DNA from: a virus
IMG/VR virus record: IMGVR_UViG_3300045994_000055
Location: 1-64,000 of that record
Direction: 5' to 3' (one strand)
Length of the DNA stretch: 64,000 bases
The notes below the pieces were generated by a model. That model did not search any database. It was not told the origin of the DNA and saw only the letters and a program-made list of their open reading frames with translations. A program made the translations under genes and the position numbers. Positions 46,201 to 56,800 of this stretch are shown here, piece after piece. The number at the start of each line of letters is the position of its first letter. Within the stretch, counting starts at the first letter, position 1.

Positions 46201-49200
46201 CAAATACATATGCTGCATTGCTTGCACCAACAATGATAGTACGGCCATATAAGTCGCAATTGATACTTACACCAAAATTGTCACCAGGTGCCGTATCAGC
46301 AGCTGGTAATGCACCACGATACTTGTAATTGGTGGAGTAATCTATAGATATTTTTTCAGTAACAGGTAACGTAAATGTTAGAGTACTACCAGCTATAGTC
46401 GTGGATACTGTATAGTCTATATTTAAAATATACGCTGCACTGCCTTGCACTATGACGTCAGGTGAGTCAATTGCCACTGGTCCAACATATCCGATATCTA
46501 AATTAATCGTTGGATATGGGTTAGCAAGAGTACTATCAACCCACTCATATATATGAACTAATCCGCCGTTAGATGCGCCGGGCTCAGAAATATACAACCA
46601 ATTCCCATCATTGGATGAGCATATTGATGCACCGTAATATGCGTTTGTCGCAGGAAGTGGTGACACTAATACTTGTTGTAATGCAATGCCTGTTCCATTT
46701 TCTATCTTATAAATGTAAACGTGGCCTTGGTGTAAATCGTTGACACCTGCACCTTTGCTCTTGCTTGCACCAACAACCATGACACGGTCGTTCAAGTCTA
46801 GCGAATCACCAAAACCTAATGTGCCGCTTGCGCCGCTTGTGTAGCTGCTATGTTGGACCCAGCTTGCGTTTTCTATATACTCACCAGTGGCTTGGCGCAC
46901 AAAGCTTGATACGCGACCATTGCCACTGTCAGGCGACCCTACATACAAGAACTGCTTGCTCTTACTTGCTTTAACTGTTTTACCAAAACTATTTCCAGCG
47001 TAATATTCGCTGATATTAGGAATGGTTTTTGTTGCGTATGCCCATGGCTCATTGCGACGGTAAACACCCCAACCATTAGATGATGCGTTATCAACCCATA
47101 AGTTGTCATTGGCTGTCCATCCATATAGAGGGCTAGCCGTTTGAATATCTGCAACTGTTTTTAACCTGCTTGAAGATAGTTTAAACAACATAGCAGAGTC
47201 GTATATCACCTTGGCTTTTTGCAATGTGGTATACCCAGTAACTATAGCAATAGTGAAATTCAAACTATCTATTACATCGTATACTTGATAAAAGCCGTCA
47301 AACGACGTAAGTGTATCGTTTACGGTGTAGCTGAATCCCTTAAGCGCAATAATATCACCGATTGCCATTTGGTGTGGGCCGTTGGTTGTAACTGTGCCTA
47401 AGTTGTCCATGTTGTAAGTCAATGATACAACGTGAACACCTGTCTCGGACACACGATACACATTCCAGCTACCACTGAAGTCTTTTGCAGTCCAAATAGT
47501 ATAACCAGTACCGATGTTAGCAATGGATGATGACAAATTACGATAATCAGCAAAATCAAATATTGTTGCATCGACATCGTCTATTCGTGGGTAACCCGCG
47601 ACTGGTAATGTAATCTTGTCAGCTGATGTTTGATGTGTATCAAACATCTCTGGTGAGTTGTTTTTAGATGCGCGGTATATATCCATTGGATAATATGCTG
47701 TCGCACCAAATACAGGTGTCTCGCCATCGTGTAAAAACTGCAATGCTGCTGGATTTGCGGTAACTGCCAAATCACTAAGTATTACCTCAGCGTAATGATT
47801 GCTTTCCGTTGCACCGTATTCACCTACACGTAATGCCCACTCTTCATATACATTGATAGAGGTAGGGGAGCCATTGATCTCAGCTGATGACAACGCAGTC
47901 ACCGCATCAAGCGTGCCTTTTTGTTTTATGTAACCTTGATAGAACTTAACTTGGGTTTCTGCATCTATCAACAAATCAGTTAAGTAATTACGTTCCCTGA
48001 ATCCTGTCAAGCCATTGCTATAGAAGTTGACCGACTCATTGAACGGCTGATTATCAACATCATATACAGACTCAAACATCTTAGCATTGTTTGCAAAGTT
48101 AGGCATCAACCCGATTTTAAGTTGTGCCTGATCAATTTGCTTCCAATCTGCGGTAACAAAATCCACTGATGCTACTACATCAGTCAATGCAGTGTAATAC
48201 AAATCCTTAAACGTTACTAGCTGGCCCTTGCGGTAATCCACACCAGATTGCCAGATGTCATACTTTGCATCATTGTAAATAAAACCTGGTGGGTTCAATA
48301 CACCAGACCAATTTGCAGTTTTGTATCCCACAAACTTCAAACGATATTGGCGATTGCCAGTGTCTGCAGAATAAATGATATCATTGAATACTGTCGTGTT
48401 ATCAAAAATAATGACGTGCTCGTATTGCACTAAGCTTAACTCAGCTAACGCTATTGACTGCCCTGAAAAACTAGTTACCGTAAAATCATTATCGGACCGA
48501 ACTACGGTGAAGTTGGTGTTCTTAATAGTACCAAAATTTGGATCTAATAGCTTAGAGCCTGTTGGGGTGTTAACAATCTCATCAACTACTGAATTGGTTG
48601 CTGCCACTCGTAATTTGCTGTGCACTGGGCTCAATACTATTATGTTGCCAGGAGCCCATCCTTGTTGCGCCCAAGTTAAAAATTCCTTAGCAGACAAGAC
48701 CCAATCTTTTTTCTCGCCTAAGTCTAGGTCAGAGTCAATGAATATGAATCCTTGGCTTTGCAATGAACGTTGGTAGCTTACTAAGAAATCCACGACTTCT
48801 TGTGTAGACGTAAATTCGTAACCGTATGCAATTTTTTGCAATAAAGAATAGTAATCTTTAAAAATAGTACCAGTAAGTGCACCAACTTTAATAGAATAAG
48901 CATTATTGGAGGCTTGTGATGGGATGATAGTGAAGTAGGGGTTGCTTAAGTCGTAACCAGACACAGTGTAACCACCAGCACTCTTCTCAACAATAACCGC
49001 AGAGTAAACTATCTTCTCAACAGGGACAGATTTGTTTAGGATGATACTGTAGTTTTCGTCAGGGATAACAATACTGTTATTGGTAGACGATGGGCTACCT
49101 TGTTCAGCTAAAATCTTCAAGAACTTCTTATCAGTATAACCAGCTACCTTGTAGTTAAGCTGTACAGACACGTTCTTCAACGCTGTCTTAATTTTTGCTT

Positions 49201-52200
49201 GTGGGTCTCCAATTCCTAAGTTCTTTAAGTAGTCAGCAATCCAATTTACGTAACCCGCAGTGCGGATAACGCCACCACTAGATGTATCACCGTTGACTTC
49301 AATTGATGTAGGAGTTAAGTGCTGGTGTGTAGTCTTGTTGACGTATTGCATTAACCCGGCATCCATGCTGTAACGCTCCACATTGGCATATAAGCCAAAA
49401 TACATCGCTGGTTTAGTTAAAGCCATTGCAATTTGCACTGCGTAAGCATAGTCAGAACTCTTACGCCATGCTGCTTCCGCAGGACCAACATCACCAATTG
49501 CAAAACTTGTATTGGCTTTGGAGCCGTCAAAATCAAGCACTGCATACTTTTCGGGGCTTAACAAATTGCCTGCATCGTCTACCGGGATAAGACTTAGTAA
49601 GCCAGGACGTGCGTAAGTCGTGTCAATACCCGCACGTTCGCCTGCGTGGATGTAGCCCAAACTTAGGTCAGTCCATAGCGTTAAGTTACCACCAGTGTAA
49701 GGCGCTGGACCGTAACGGTCTTGCCACCACGTAGGTTTGTCGCTGAAGCCTAGCATTTCCCAAGGGTGGGTATGTGGGCGCATTGTATCATAGTAATACA
49801 TGAAAATCGCACGCCAGCTTCCCGGTAAGAACTCTCCATCAACCGTGTCACGGAAGTTTTTGTAGTTCCATGTCCATGGGTTACTGCCTTGGAAAAACTT
49901 GTTGGCCGTAAAATCTAAGCGATTTGCGCCCGCCCACACTAGGAAACTGTTAGACAAGATTTGGTTATATTCCGCTAAGTTGTAATCGGTATTACGGAAC
50001 TTGCCAGGTGTATGATCGGCATGCATCGATACATCATATACTGCTTTGATATTATTAAAGATCCGCATCTCTAATTCTAATAGCAAGTCATCTCTATAAT
50101 CATTGAACGCTGGAGTCAAACTACCATCGTGGCCTTGTATTACGTAATTAGGTGTTACATACGTATTATCTAAATACTTGGTTGGTGTGAATTTTGGGTA
50201 AAGGCCTAACTTAGACGGTGTCTCAGGAACAAAATTACCGTCAGTATTAGAGTACTCAACGATAGATAAAATATCATTGTAGTTTAAGTTATATGTATCC
50301 GCAATCGTAATAGACGGAGCATCCGCATTAAAGGAATAATCTCTGCCTTTTGCTAACAATGTTTTAGTTGTATTGTTGCCCACTGATCTACTAATGTAAA
50401 CCAATACTGCTTTATTGCTTAACACTGTATCATCAAATATAGATGTTAACTGGTACGACTTAACTCGAGGGTCCAGAATTGCGTAGTCAGGTAGCACAGT
50501 CTTAGCATCGCCGTGTGGAAGCATATCGCTGTAGTACCACGGGAACGAACTATTTTTAATACTATTGATTTGCTTGATAATTGCATCCGCAGTTGCTGGT
50601 ATATCAGTCAAGCTTACGTTAGTTGTTGTAGCTAATTCTAAGAAACGATTCTTGAATTTAGTGTATTCGCGTTGAGCTAACTTCACAGAGTCAACAAAAT
50701 TCATTTGTTGATCTACTAAGAATAACTCGCTGTACAGAACTGGCGCTGAGTGTTTAAGTATACTGCCGCCCTGTAACTTTATGTTAAGGTCGCGCAAGTT
50801 ACTTGTGCCTGGTACAGTTCCGGTGACGTCCATACTGTTACGATACAATGTAACCAAATGGTTACGCATTTGGCCAAGTGTTAGTGTCGCAAAGTTTGCA
50901 TTTTCCGCATTGTTGTCAAGGTTGGAAGGAACTTGGTAGAACCCCAATGCACTAGCGGTTTTACTGTAGATTAGAATATCAACAGAATCATTAGCTGCTA
51001 ACAATGTAGAGTCAATGACTACTACTGGACGGATGCCAACTTGAGTTAGACCAAATTTTGCAGTGTCAACAAATTTACTATTAACTAATACCTTTATGCT
51101 AGGGACGGTGTCCGGTGCTTCAGGTAGTATGTCCACTTCAAATACATTGTTTACACCGTCTGCGATGTAGGAAATTAATTGGTACTGCTTTGTAAATTCG
51201 TTAGTAAGTGTCCACCCATTAGCAACACTAAACGTAGAAATATCACTCGTGATATGTAACAAACCAGTGTTGACAGGTACAGTGTAAGTAACTGGCCCAA
51301 TTAAGTAGGAAAAAGTATCAGTGTCAAAATTATTAGAAAATTGGATATCACCAACATTGTTGAATGACCTGTAACTAAGTGGGAATCCCAATACTGTGTC
51401 ATTTGCTCCTGCCCCTGTCTTGTACGAGAAAATAGGAGTACCTGTGAAGTTAGTATTTGTATAGAATGATGTATCACCAAAACTAATACCATTCTTATCA
51501 AAAGCATCAAACAATGGAGCCTGGTTCGCTGCTAATTTGGATTGACTTGCAAGCCATTCAGAACCGTTAAACCAAAACTCAGTGGTTGTATTATTTTTAA
51601 CTACAACAGAGTTACCAGTAGCAATGATCGAATCAGTTGCTTCAATCAAGCTACCAATGTACTCCGCAGAGAAAGGATCGTTACTAACATTAACGATGGT
51701 GAATGTGTAAATTTTGTTACGAACAATAGTGCTAGTATCCTTGCTGAATACGACTCTATCGCCGTGGCGTAAAATAACCGTCGCACCTGCCACAGTTGTA
51801 ACAAACAATGTTGCACTGATTGCTGGGACAGCTTCGATTTGTGTATACGCATTTGTTATCACAGAGTCCAAAATATCAATTGGTGCTTTCGCCACTGTAC
51901 CGTGATTAAACAATTTTGTATTGCGCTGAATTTCAATGATAGGACGTTTTGCTGACGCATTTTGGTCAAGAAGTAACTCAGTACCATTGAACTCCGCTAC
52001 GTACTTAATGACGTCTACGTGTGTCCAACGATTGCTACGCGACCATGCATTCAAATCAGCCGACGCCCTGTTGACTGTCAAGTAATCATGCGTTACTGGT
52101 TGTAGTGCCAAATTAAGTTTAAGGCCAGTTCCAGAACCACCAATGACAGTCACGGGGTTTACTGGTAACGTACTATACAGACCGCTTGAGAGTATTTTAA

Positions 52201-53833
52201 AAGTTGTCACAGTGCCAGTTGCACTAACCCCTGTAATTAATATCGTCGCAGGCTGTGTGTATACTCCACCAGTGGCGGTTAACAAATCATTGACTTTGTA
52301 TCCTACGCCTTGTGCAATTTCTGAAACTGTGCTGGTCGCCCAATCCTCAATTGATAGCAAATGGTCAGCAGGTACTAATTTAATCGATTCACCAACACCA
52401 GATACATAGTAAGTGCGATTTGCAAATTCAGGAGTTACTGAGTGATCAAATGTAATCTGCAATCCACTTGTAAATGTCACACCATTAGGACTAACATAAT
52501 ATTGTTTGCCTTCTATGTCAACTAATGGATTTAGTATATCATTGACTGGTTGCACTAATTTAATGGTTCCTACTGCGCTTGCAGTTGAACCAGATTGGTA
52601 GTACAATGTGTCAAGTGCAGCGGTTGTTGAAGGTACTAGTGTAAAACGATCGTAGTAATCAACATAGAAATCTTTGGTTGCATTAGCGGAACCTGATTTA
52701 ACGTACACTTTTTCGTTTACTGCGACTGCTTGCTGTGGCGACAGATTAATGTACCCATCACTGTCAACTGTAATCAACCATGTTGAGCTACGTGCAGATT
52801 CGACCACAGTGGCGCCCATCGGTACATTCATTGTCCATGGTAATTGATCCACGCCAATGGCGCTCAGCATAAATGCAGCATCAGTGTTAGTTAGTGCCGC
52901 AGTGCGGGTAGTGGAAGCTGTCCAATCTAAATCGTCGTAAACACCACCAACAAAAATAAGAGTCTTGTTATGGATATTTCCTGTCGTGCCGTCTAATCCA
53001 CTAATAGTATTGAACGTTGCAAGACTTACGGCCTGAATATCTTTGTACGATAACTTTGTGGCGTAATCTACACTGGCCGCAGTGTTCATTGACATGAATC
53101 TAAGCTGTGTGTCTATTTGTGGCACGTTAAATGTTACGGAACCAGTGGATGCCCCATTATTGAGCACACCAAATACATCGCGTGTGCTTACGTTTGGCCT
53201 GTTAGCATCAAGACCAGTCATTCCGGGTTGTGTTTGAATCCAGAATGGATTGGTGCCGTCTACGTTGAACGTATACGAGCCACCGTATGCAAGCGTGATG
53301 TCAGCGTTGTTCACCATGCCAGTACCAAAGTAATAGGTATTGGTACCAGTGTTAAAATGTACGTCCCACGAATAATTTAGTGGTACCCCGTTTGCAGAAA
53401 CCACGACAGAGTCTGGTCCATTAGGCAACCAGTAGTATTGCGAGAAGTTAACAAACTTGTCTAAGTCTAGTAATCCAGAATAGCTATATGCTTGGTTACT
53501 GAATAATCTTGAATGATTATCTACATTGCCACCATAGTATGCAATCTTGTTAATTAAGTCAGGATACGATGCATAAAAATCTGTCGTACCAGCTTGGGGA
53601 TTGTTAACTATTACCCCTGGTTCAACTTGATAGTGTTGACGGGAGTCTGATGGCTCAGCTACATAGCCATCGCCAACTTTATACGTAGGGGCAAATTTTC
53701 TACCTATATAACCAGAGACCTTTTTAAAGTTTGGTTCGCTTGTTAACTGGTCTAATGTAGCATTGAGGAACTTTTGGTTCGTGTCTGTACGGAAGACTTC
53801 TGGTAGAAAATTATGTGTCTTAAATGCGGCCAT
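40217..53833 (-). CDS. Giant (4538 aa) baseplate wedge/structural protein
   Basis: 13.6 kb uninterrupted ORF directly after the gp6-like gene; FG-GAP-like repeats; GSGYTS.PTVT motifs; YINEVKPYRT motif. Confidence 0.85.
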   Translation of the reverse strand: MAAFKTHNFLPEVFRTDTNQKFLNATLDQLTSEPNFKKVSGYIGRKFAPTYKVGDGYVAEPSDSRQHYQVEPGVIVNNPQAGTTDFYASYPDLINKIAYYGGNVDNHSRLFSNQAYSYSGLLDLDKFVNFSQYYWLPNGPDSVVVSANGVPLNYSWDVHFNTGTNTYYFGTGMVNNADITLAYGGSYTFNVDGTNPFWIQTQPGMTGLDANRPNVSTRDVFGVLNNGASTGSVTFNVPQIDTQLRFMSMNTAASVDYATKLSYKDIQAVSLATFNTISGLDGTTGNIHNKTLIFVGGVYDDLDWTASTTRTAALTNTDAAFMLSAIGVDQLPWTMNVPMGATVVESARSSTWLITVDSDGYINLSPQQAVAVNEKVYVKSGSANATKDFYVDYYDRFTLVPSTTAALDTLYYQSGSTASAVGTIKLVQPVNDILNPLVDIEGKQYYVSPNGVTFTSGLQITFDHSVTPEFANRTYYVSGVGESIKLVPADHLLSIEDWATSTVSEIAQGVGYKVNDLLTATGGVYTQPATILITGVSATGTVTTFKILSSGLYSTLPVNPVTVIGGSGTGLKLNLALQPVTHDYLTVNRASADLNAWSRSNRWTHVDVIKYVAEFNGTELLLDQNASAKRPIIEIQRNTKLFNHGTVAKAPIDILDSVITNAYTQIEAVPAISATLFVTTVAGATVILRHGDRVVFSKDTSTIVRNKIYTFTIVNVSNDPFSAEYIGSLIEATDSIIATGNSVVVKNNTTTEFWFNGSEWLASQSKLAANQAPLFDAFDKNGISFGDTSFYTNTNFTGTPIFSYKTGAGANDTVLGFPLSYRSFNNVGDIQFSNNFDTDTFSYLIGPVTYTVPVNTGLLHITSDISTFSVANGWTLTNEFTKQYQLISYIADGVNNVFEVDILPEAPDTVPSIKVLVNSKFVDTAKFGLTQVGIRPVVVIDSTLLAANDSVDILIYSKTASALGFYQVPSNLDNNAENANFATLTLGQMRNHLVTLYRNSMDVTGTVPGTSNLRDLNIKLQGGSILKHSAPVLYSELFLVDQQMNFVDSVKLAQREYTKFKNRFLELATTTNVSLTDIPATADAIIKQINSIKNSSFPWYYSDMLPHGDAKTVLPDYAILDPRVKSYQLTSIFDDTVLSNKAVLVYISRSVGNNTTKTLLAKGRDYSFNADAPSITIADTYNLNYNDILSIVEYSNTDGNFVPETPSKLGLYPKFTPTKYLDNTYVTPNYVIQGHDGSLTPAFNDYRDDLLLELEMRIFNNIKAVYDVSMHADHTPGKFRNTDYNLAEYNQILSNSFLVWAGANRLDFTANKFFQGSNPWTWNYKNFRDTVDGEFLPGSWRAIFMYYYDTMRPHTHPWEMLGFSDKPTWWQDRYGPAPYTGGNLTLWTDLSLGYIHAGERAGIDTTYARPGLLSLIPVDDAGNLLSPEKYAVLDFDGSKANTSFAIGDVGPAEAAWRKSSDYAYAVQIAMALTKPAMYFGLYANVERYSMDAGLMQYVNKTTHQHLTPTSIEVNGDTSSGGVIRTAGYVNWIADYLKNLGIGDPQAKIKTALKNVSVQLNYKVAGYTDKKFLKILAEQGSPSSTNNSIVIPDENYSIILNKSVPVEKIVYSAVIVEKSAGGYTVSGYDLSNPYFTIIPSQASNNAYSIKVGALTGTIFKDYYSLLQKIAYGYEFTSTQEVVDFLVSYQRSLQSQGFIFIDSDLDLGEKKDWVLSAKEFLTWAQQGWAPGNIIVLSPVHSKLRVAATNSVVDEIVNTPTGSKLLDPNFGTIKNTNFTVVRSDNDFTVTSFSGQSIALAELSLVQYEHVIIFDNTTVFNDIIYSADTGNRQYRLKFVGYKTANWSGVLNPPGFIYNDAKYDIWQSGVDYRKGQLVTFKDLYYTALTDVVASVDFVTADWKQIDQAQLKIGLMPNFANNAKMFESVYDVDNQPFNESVNFYSNGLTGFRERNYLTDLLIDAETQVKFYQGYIKQKGTLDAVTALSSAEINGSPTSINVYEEWALRVGEYGATESNHYAEVILSDLAVTANPAALQFLHDGETPVFGATAYYPMDIYRASKNNSPEMFDTHQTSADKITLPVAGYPRIDDVDATIFDFADYRNLSSSIANIGTGYTIWTAKDFSGSWNVYRVSETGVHVVSLTYNMDNLGTVTTNGPHQMAIGDIIALKGFSYTVNDTLTSFDGFYQVYDVIDSLNFTIAIVTGYTTLQKAKVIYDSAMLFKLSSSRLKTVADIQTASPLYGWTANDNLWVDNASSNGWGVYRRNEPWAYATKTIPNISEYYAGNSFGKTVKASKSKQFLYVGSPDSGNGRVSSFVRQATGEYIENASWVQHSSYTSGASGTLGFGDSLDLNDRVMVVGASKSKGAGVNDLHQGHVYIYKIENGTGIALQQVLVSPLPATNAYYGASICSSNDGNWLYISEPGASNGGLVHIYEWVDSTLANPYPTINLDIGYVGPVAIDSPDVIVQGSAAYILNIDYTVSTTIAGSTLTFTLPVTEKISIDYSTNYKYRGALPAADTAPGDNFGVSINCDLYGRTIIVGASNAAYVFDRSVENFIMVGTSNTVTTKRSIDSSFKVLLDGAEQKLNTEYIQYGQVVQFFVAPAAGTIVSIENNHFTLITKLTGIPGQQFGSNVIMCDDASSMYVSAPAYDGGVHKFTNPAKLYGVITGTVVNPVITAGGEIRINNVDVLLGGTTLASVIDSINSSGIPGITASNYEGKLRIASATIGVNTFNVLPGISRLAFDALGLSTYPASQIINHPLSNVSEVFGIAMSISEDENTLAISSSGATTIVGMVFDTNTTDFDSGSTVFTHATVDSGAVYVFDLINNPHATVDSPSVFEYTQVLKPGAMSTGMMFGAAVEIMGKSIFVGSAGDKMYDIAGGSVFEFFNAVNYKGWQLVRTETPQVDYSSISKAFVYNKNTQSILARLDIYDPAKGKILGIADQDLDFKTEQDPASYNNGIDGFSLDFHWSDLQLGKTWWDLSQVRFVNYEQGSLDYKNTHWGNTFPGSKFKVYEWTASEYIPSQYVANGGNGVPKYLDDSYFVTHMYVDKSTNVIKSKYYYWVGDKTTVDTNLTNRTNSGYTIQQILSNPRDQGIPYIAAIAPTAVSLFNINNYLVGQAIALHIDHTPIQNTNIIHTEYELVKENTNSEIPHRIIDKLQDSLSGINFAGHAVPAPALSVAARYGIDIRPRQTMFVDRQTALANFVKYINNVFAQYPIANLRNLNKLLNGEAKPAAGTGEYDKILVTKNELGYILKTNLTDGYKVLVNNDTDYDGLWTIYVWSASKAEWTLSRIQSYLTSLYFKYADWYDASYSKTTIPSYTIAAYPLISKLTLVNGDVVKVLDDGNGKFAIYRATATLTLDKVASEEGTIQILPTLYDLEAGNMGFGNDNFDTIRFDQNPILETRDVFSAVSDDIFIADLQIEFNKLFFSLVNYIYTEQSAPDWIFKTSFLSVVHNIRELAQYPSYIKDNQTYYEDYINEVKPYRTIIREYLPTQSTTDFLHTGVTDFDLPSYYDTISNTYRSPSGEQYYDAERLATDVNYADWNNHHTYKVVEIAVSASGDNYTTAPIITISGGGGTGATAKASQPVGGKVLTVTITNPGSGYTSIPTVTVNGNGEGLVLVPLLRNEFKVDVGHSYNTVRSVTTELKFDRITYDTQVVQWEPNTEYFATLGSSDSSSSQQYLWAGDAGHFESNIGIVDFSGILMAGTITGGTAQVLFNTSNAAEPTVWLESGVLVAYGGDIYLPVIPTESAQSATIKHVWHAGPTNDTRPLDSSHNPSPVPPPQVAGFTFVAQDAQGIQSVLEFSIPVSALHDLFDYSKFVKLDQGNVLITNNDRITGYYAPGEGMPGNSLTQLVNGIEYPGVTITGSKYSEDTVIGTFAVSSDILQHSVTPDVTGFFFKTGSWTLETFQTGDVLPPGYNIGDTKPTGMWIDGIVGGVISGPPESYIVNASVNFEYYIAQASAITLDVWGNVASQTANLSSTDLTDPTVGQFFQLTNNIVMPSSPTAGDGDIRINWLTGKWIIDNTEPYLDSSKVSKIEFATAMPLSALVIAGNQIDSTIASAYKDVRKFYGNGDVKSLGLGERPEDILIDGGQYYDTFSSHAPEEMMPGRVYETLDIQVLQANTNGFDTNVFTISSITVQDVGYGYDDAASIVDKASKGVDVTGIIPVHVTVNGINNANLVPVLAANGAITSFTIVSSGAGLTINSNPAIVITGTNIAPAHATAILSQSQYELIGWRDFYDMNGKVSYTRILPKYTTSLTQDLHITDTVVHVDNIYILSYPSVDLDAPGRVFINGELITFYGVDEANSTLTQIRRAAEGTGGAALHAAGSFVVDAGGDQIIPGTSYVPDVTVQGGPEIRHGDNVTTVFETHFINTIYPETVKVTVAGKKVTNFEVIQTHPVKIKFVRIGSNPYTPGFIPAAPALGAEIIISAAVEGIWENVLASDFGAFTLTTEAGFVPVGWDVLTQGIPPTTWDLGTQIMDGVTIQTDPVLTAMGFSWNSGGLSGDYLGTVPASVGAITDGGGMMLSTTIQSRFIRGEI

Positions 53834-53846
53834 TGTAATTTAGATG

Positions 53847-56800
53847 TTATAGTGTATTTAACCCAGCTAAAGACTGGTTAATTTGAGATGCAGTAATAGC
53901 ACTGATAATCTCAACGTTGTCAACTGTAGCGGCGCTGACCACAATTTCGTTTGCTTCTGCATTAATTTGGTACAACCCGCCAAACGACGCAGTGCTGTCG
54001 CTTGGTACGATAATGATAGAAGAGATATTAGGAACCAACTCAGTGTGCAAGTATGCGCTGAGTTCTGAGAAGTAGAATGTTTCACCAAAGTCCCAATTGT
54101 TGATGTCAAAGTATTTGTTGATAGTTGAAATAACACGGCTCTTGATATCATTGTCAGAAATTGTTACATTGCTATTCTTAACTACTTTAAATGTCGCACG
54201 TAGTACACTGGCAGCTTTATTACCAAATATAGGTTTAAATTTTACGGGATTGTAAATGATCGTGTCAGACAGTGCCTTCAAGTTTTCCAAGGTAGAGAAC
54301 TCTGTGCGCAATTCTTCTGTCGTTGGCGCCACTGGCTGTGCTACTTTACCACTGCTATCTTTGATCCAAGCCGCGTAAGCAGTATTGTATTCCTTAGTAA
54401 GGATGTACAAGTCCATGATGTTGTTAGGGCTTGGATCAATACGACGGTTACCAGGGCTATTGTGGCGGTACTGGAAGTACAAGTTTTGACGGCCAGTTTT
54501 TGCAACATAGTTATTTGTGATGGATACTGCACCACCAGTCACTGAGTAAAACTTATTTTCCGCAGTTGCATAAAATACTTGTCCATCACTATACGATGCA
54601 CTGTACAATGCAATCTGTGATTTTGTTAGATAAGAGTCTACCACTGCACCAAGTGATACAACTGCATATTTTACAAAATTATCGTAATCAGTGACTTGCT
54701 TAAAGAATATGTTTGTATTGCTATCTGGAGCAACTAACGTGTTAAACAATGTAGGATCGTCAGGGATACCATCATTGTTTGCATCTGGGAACGTAACTAA
54801 TATTTTTTGTGTGTCTAAATAGCCATCAAGCTGAACCACATTGTTATAAACATACCAAATTTGGTCTGTGGAAAGTGGCTGTTGTGTGACAGGATCATTA
54901 TTAACTTTCAAAATCTTAATTTGATCACGCACTGCGGTACCAGTAGAACTGTCGTACACCTTAACTTTAGGGTCAAAGTAAAAACGTGTTTCCAATTCGC
55001 TTTCCATGTAGTAATACAGGTTACGTTGAGTAATTGTATATTGTCCACTGAAGTAAGTGAATGCTAAAATCCAAGACGAGTCTGATGCACTTTGCGTAGA
55101 ACCAGCAGTAGTAATGTCAAATTGATTCAAGTTAAGGTTGGCTTCGTCAATTGTCACCCATTCCATTGTTGCTGCATCATAGCGAACACCAAAGTTTTTC
55201 TTACCAAGTATCAAAGTGGTAAATGTTTCAATCAAACTAGTTGGCCAATCATTCTTATATGGCGGAGTAATTTCACTTACTACAGCGTACACTGGACCAG
55301 ACGCTGTATTCAACGTCGTTGGTAAAATTTGGCTAAATGTTACTGTCGTAGAAGTATTAGAAACTACCGCAGCATAAAGATACGTTTTATCAGTAGGCAA
55401 TGTTGCTGCCCCAGCTACTATTTGATTATCCTTGTTAAAGTGGTAATCTTGTGGTGGCAAGAATTTAACCAATGCACCTGGCTGTATATATTTTGCTGCA
55501 CCACTTGCACCAACACCTAATGTTGTCAATGTTGTAGCATGAGTCAAGGTATTAACTGTGTTAATGTAGCCAGATGTCGTATTAGTAGTCGATGATGTCG
55601 CAACAAACGTAGGAGATGCCCCAATTAAATATGTGGGCGCACTGTAGTGATACAAGTGCATTATTTCCTTAGCGGATATCATTGGTAACGCTACATTGTA
55701 GATTGCTTTAAGCACTTCTGACGTAGTAGTGTAAGTAAACGTTGTTGCAGTATTTGCTATATTTCTATAGATTACACCGTCTTGTGCAAATATATTAGTA
55801 GACGAATACTTACCAGAGACGTCTGTCACGTCAAGGTAGCGAGACACGCCAGAGCTAGTGCGGTTAACTGCTTTAACTTTGATGATGTTAGAGAATGTCG
55901 TATAAGGGAGAATGTTGTAATCCTCACCTGTAATCATACGGTTCTGCGTGTAGTATTGCTGCGGTGCTTTTGTGCGGATATCATCTAATGCCTCTGCCGC
56001 AGAGCTATTAGCTACTGTGTAATGTAGGCTGCAAGACAAAGTTAATGTTTCTACGCGGTTATTGCGAGATACGTAGTTCATTGAAATAACAACGTTTTGC
56101 ATTTCGTCAGGTGTAATTTTATAGTTTTGTCCGTTGCTTTGACGATAGAACAACTTGTAGTCACCCTGTGGAATACTCGCAAACGCACCGTCACCAAAAA
56201 CTAAGTCAACTTGATCATTTGCTCGGGAATTGACTTGGTACAAGTTACGCTCGTTTGTTTGATTGTAAACAATGTTAACCCCACCAATTGCAGGTACTTT
56301 AGTCCACTTAGTTCCTAATGTGCCTTGAGCTGTTAAAGGATACAACCAAACATCATTGTTATTGATATCACTAAAATTGATACTAACTACACGGTTGGGT
56401 AATTTTTCGGCAATGTTGAATGGCAATGCATTTAAGTCGCCTTGTTTGAAATATACAAAGAATCCAGTATTATTTGATCCATTGCCTTGATTGTCGTTCT
56501 TGTACAATAAGTTAAACTTACCACTTGGTGTAGGGTCGACTTCGTAGACATAGCTTTGCCCGGCCGCAGAAGCAGAAACTACTTCAAAATTCATCGAGCT
56601 ATTTTCTACCTTAGCAGTAAACTTATAGATAGGGGTAGCGCCAGCTATAACATTGACACTATATTCATCAGTTTGAATCCCGTTAATTATATTTGCTGCA
56701 CCTGGTTTACCCACTACTTGTGTGTTGACCATAGACGCATTCAAAATTGCAGTGTATTGCTCTAACCAGTTTTCATTGGATGTATCGTTCCATGACACAA

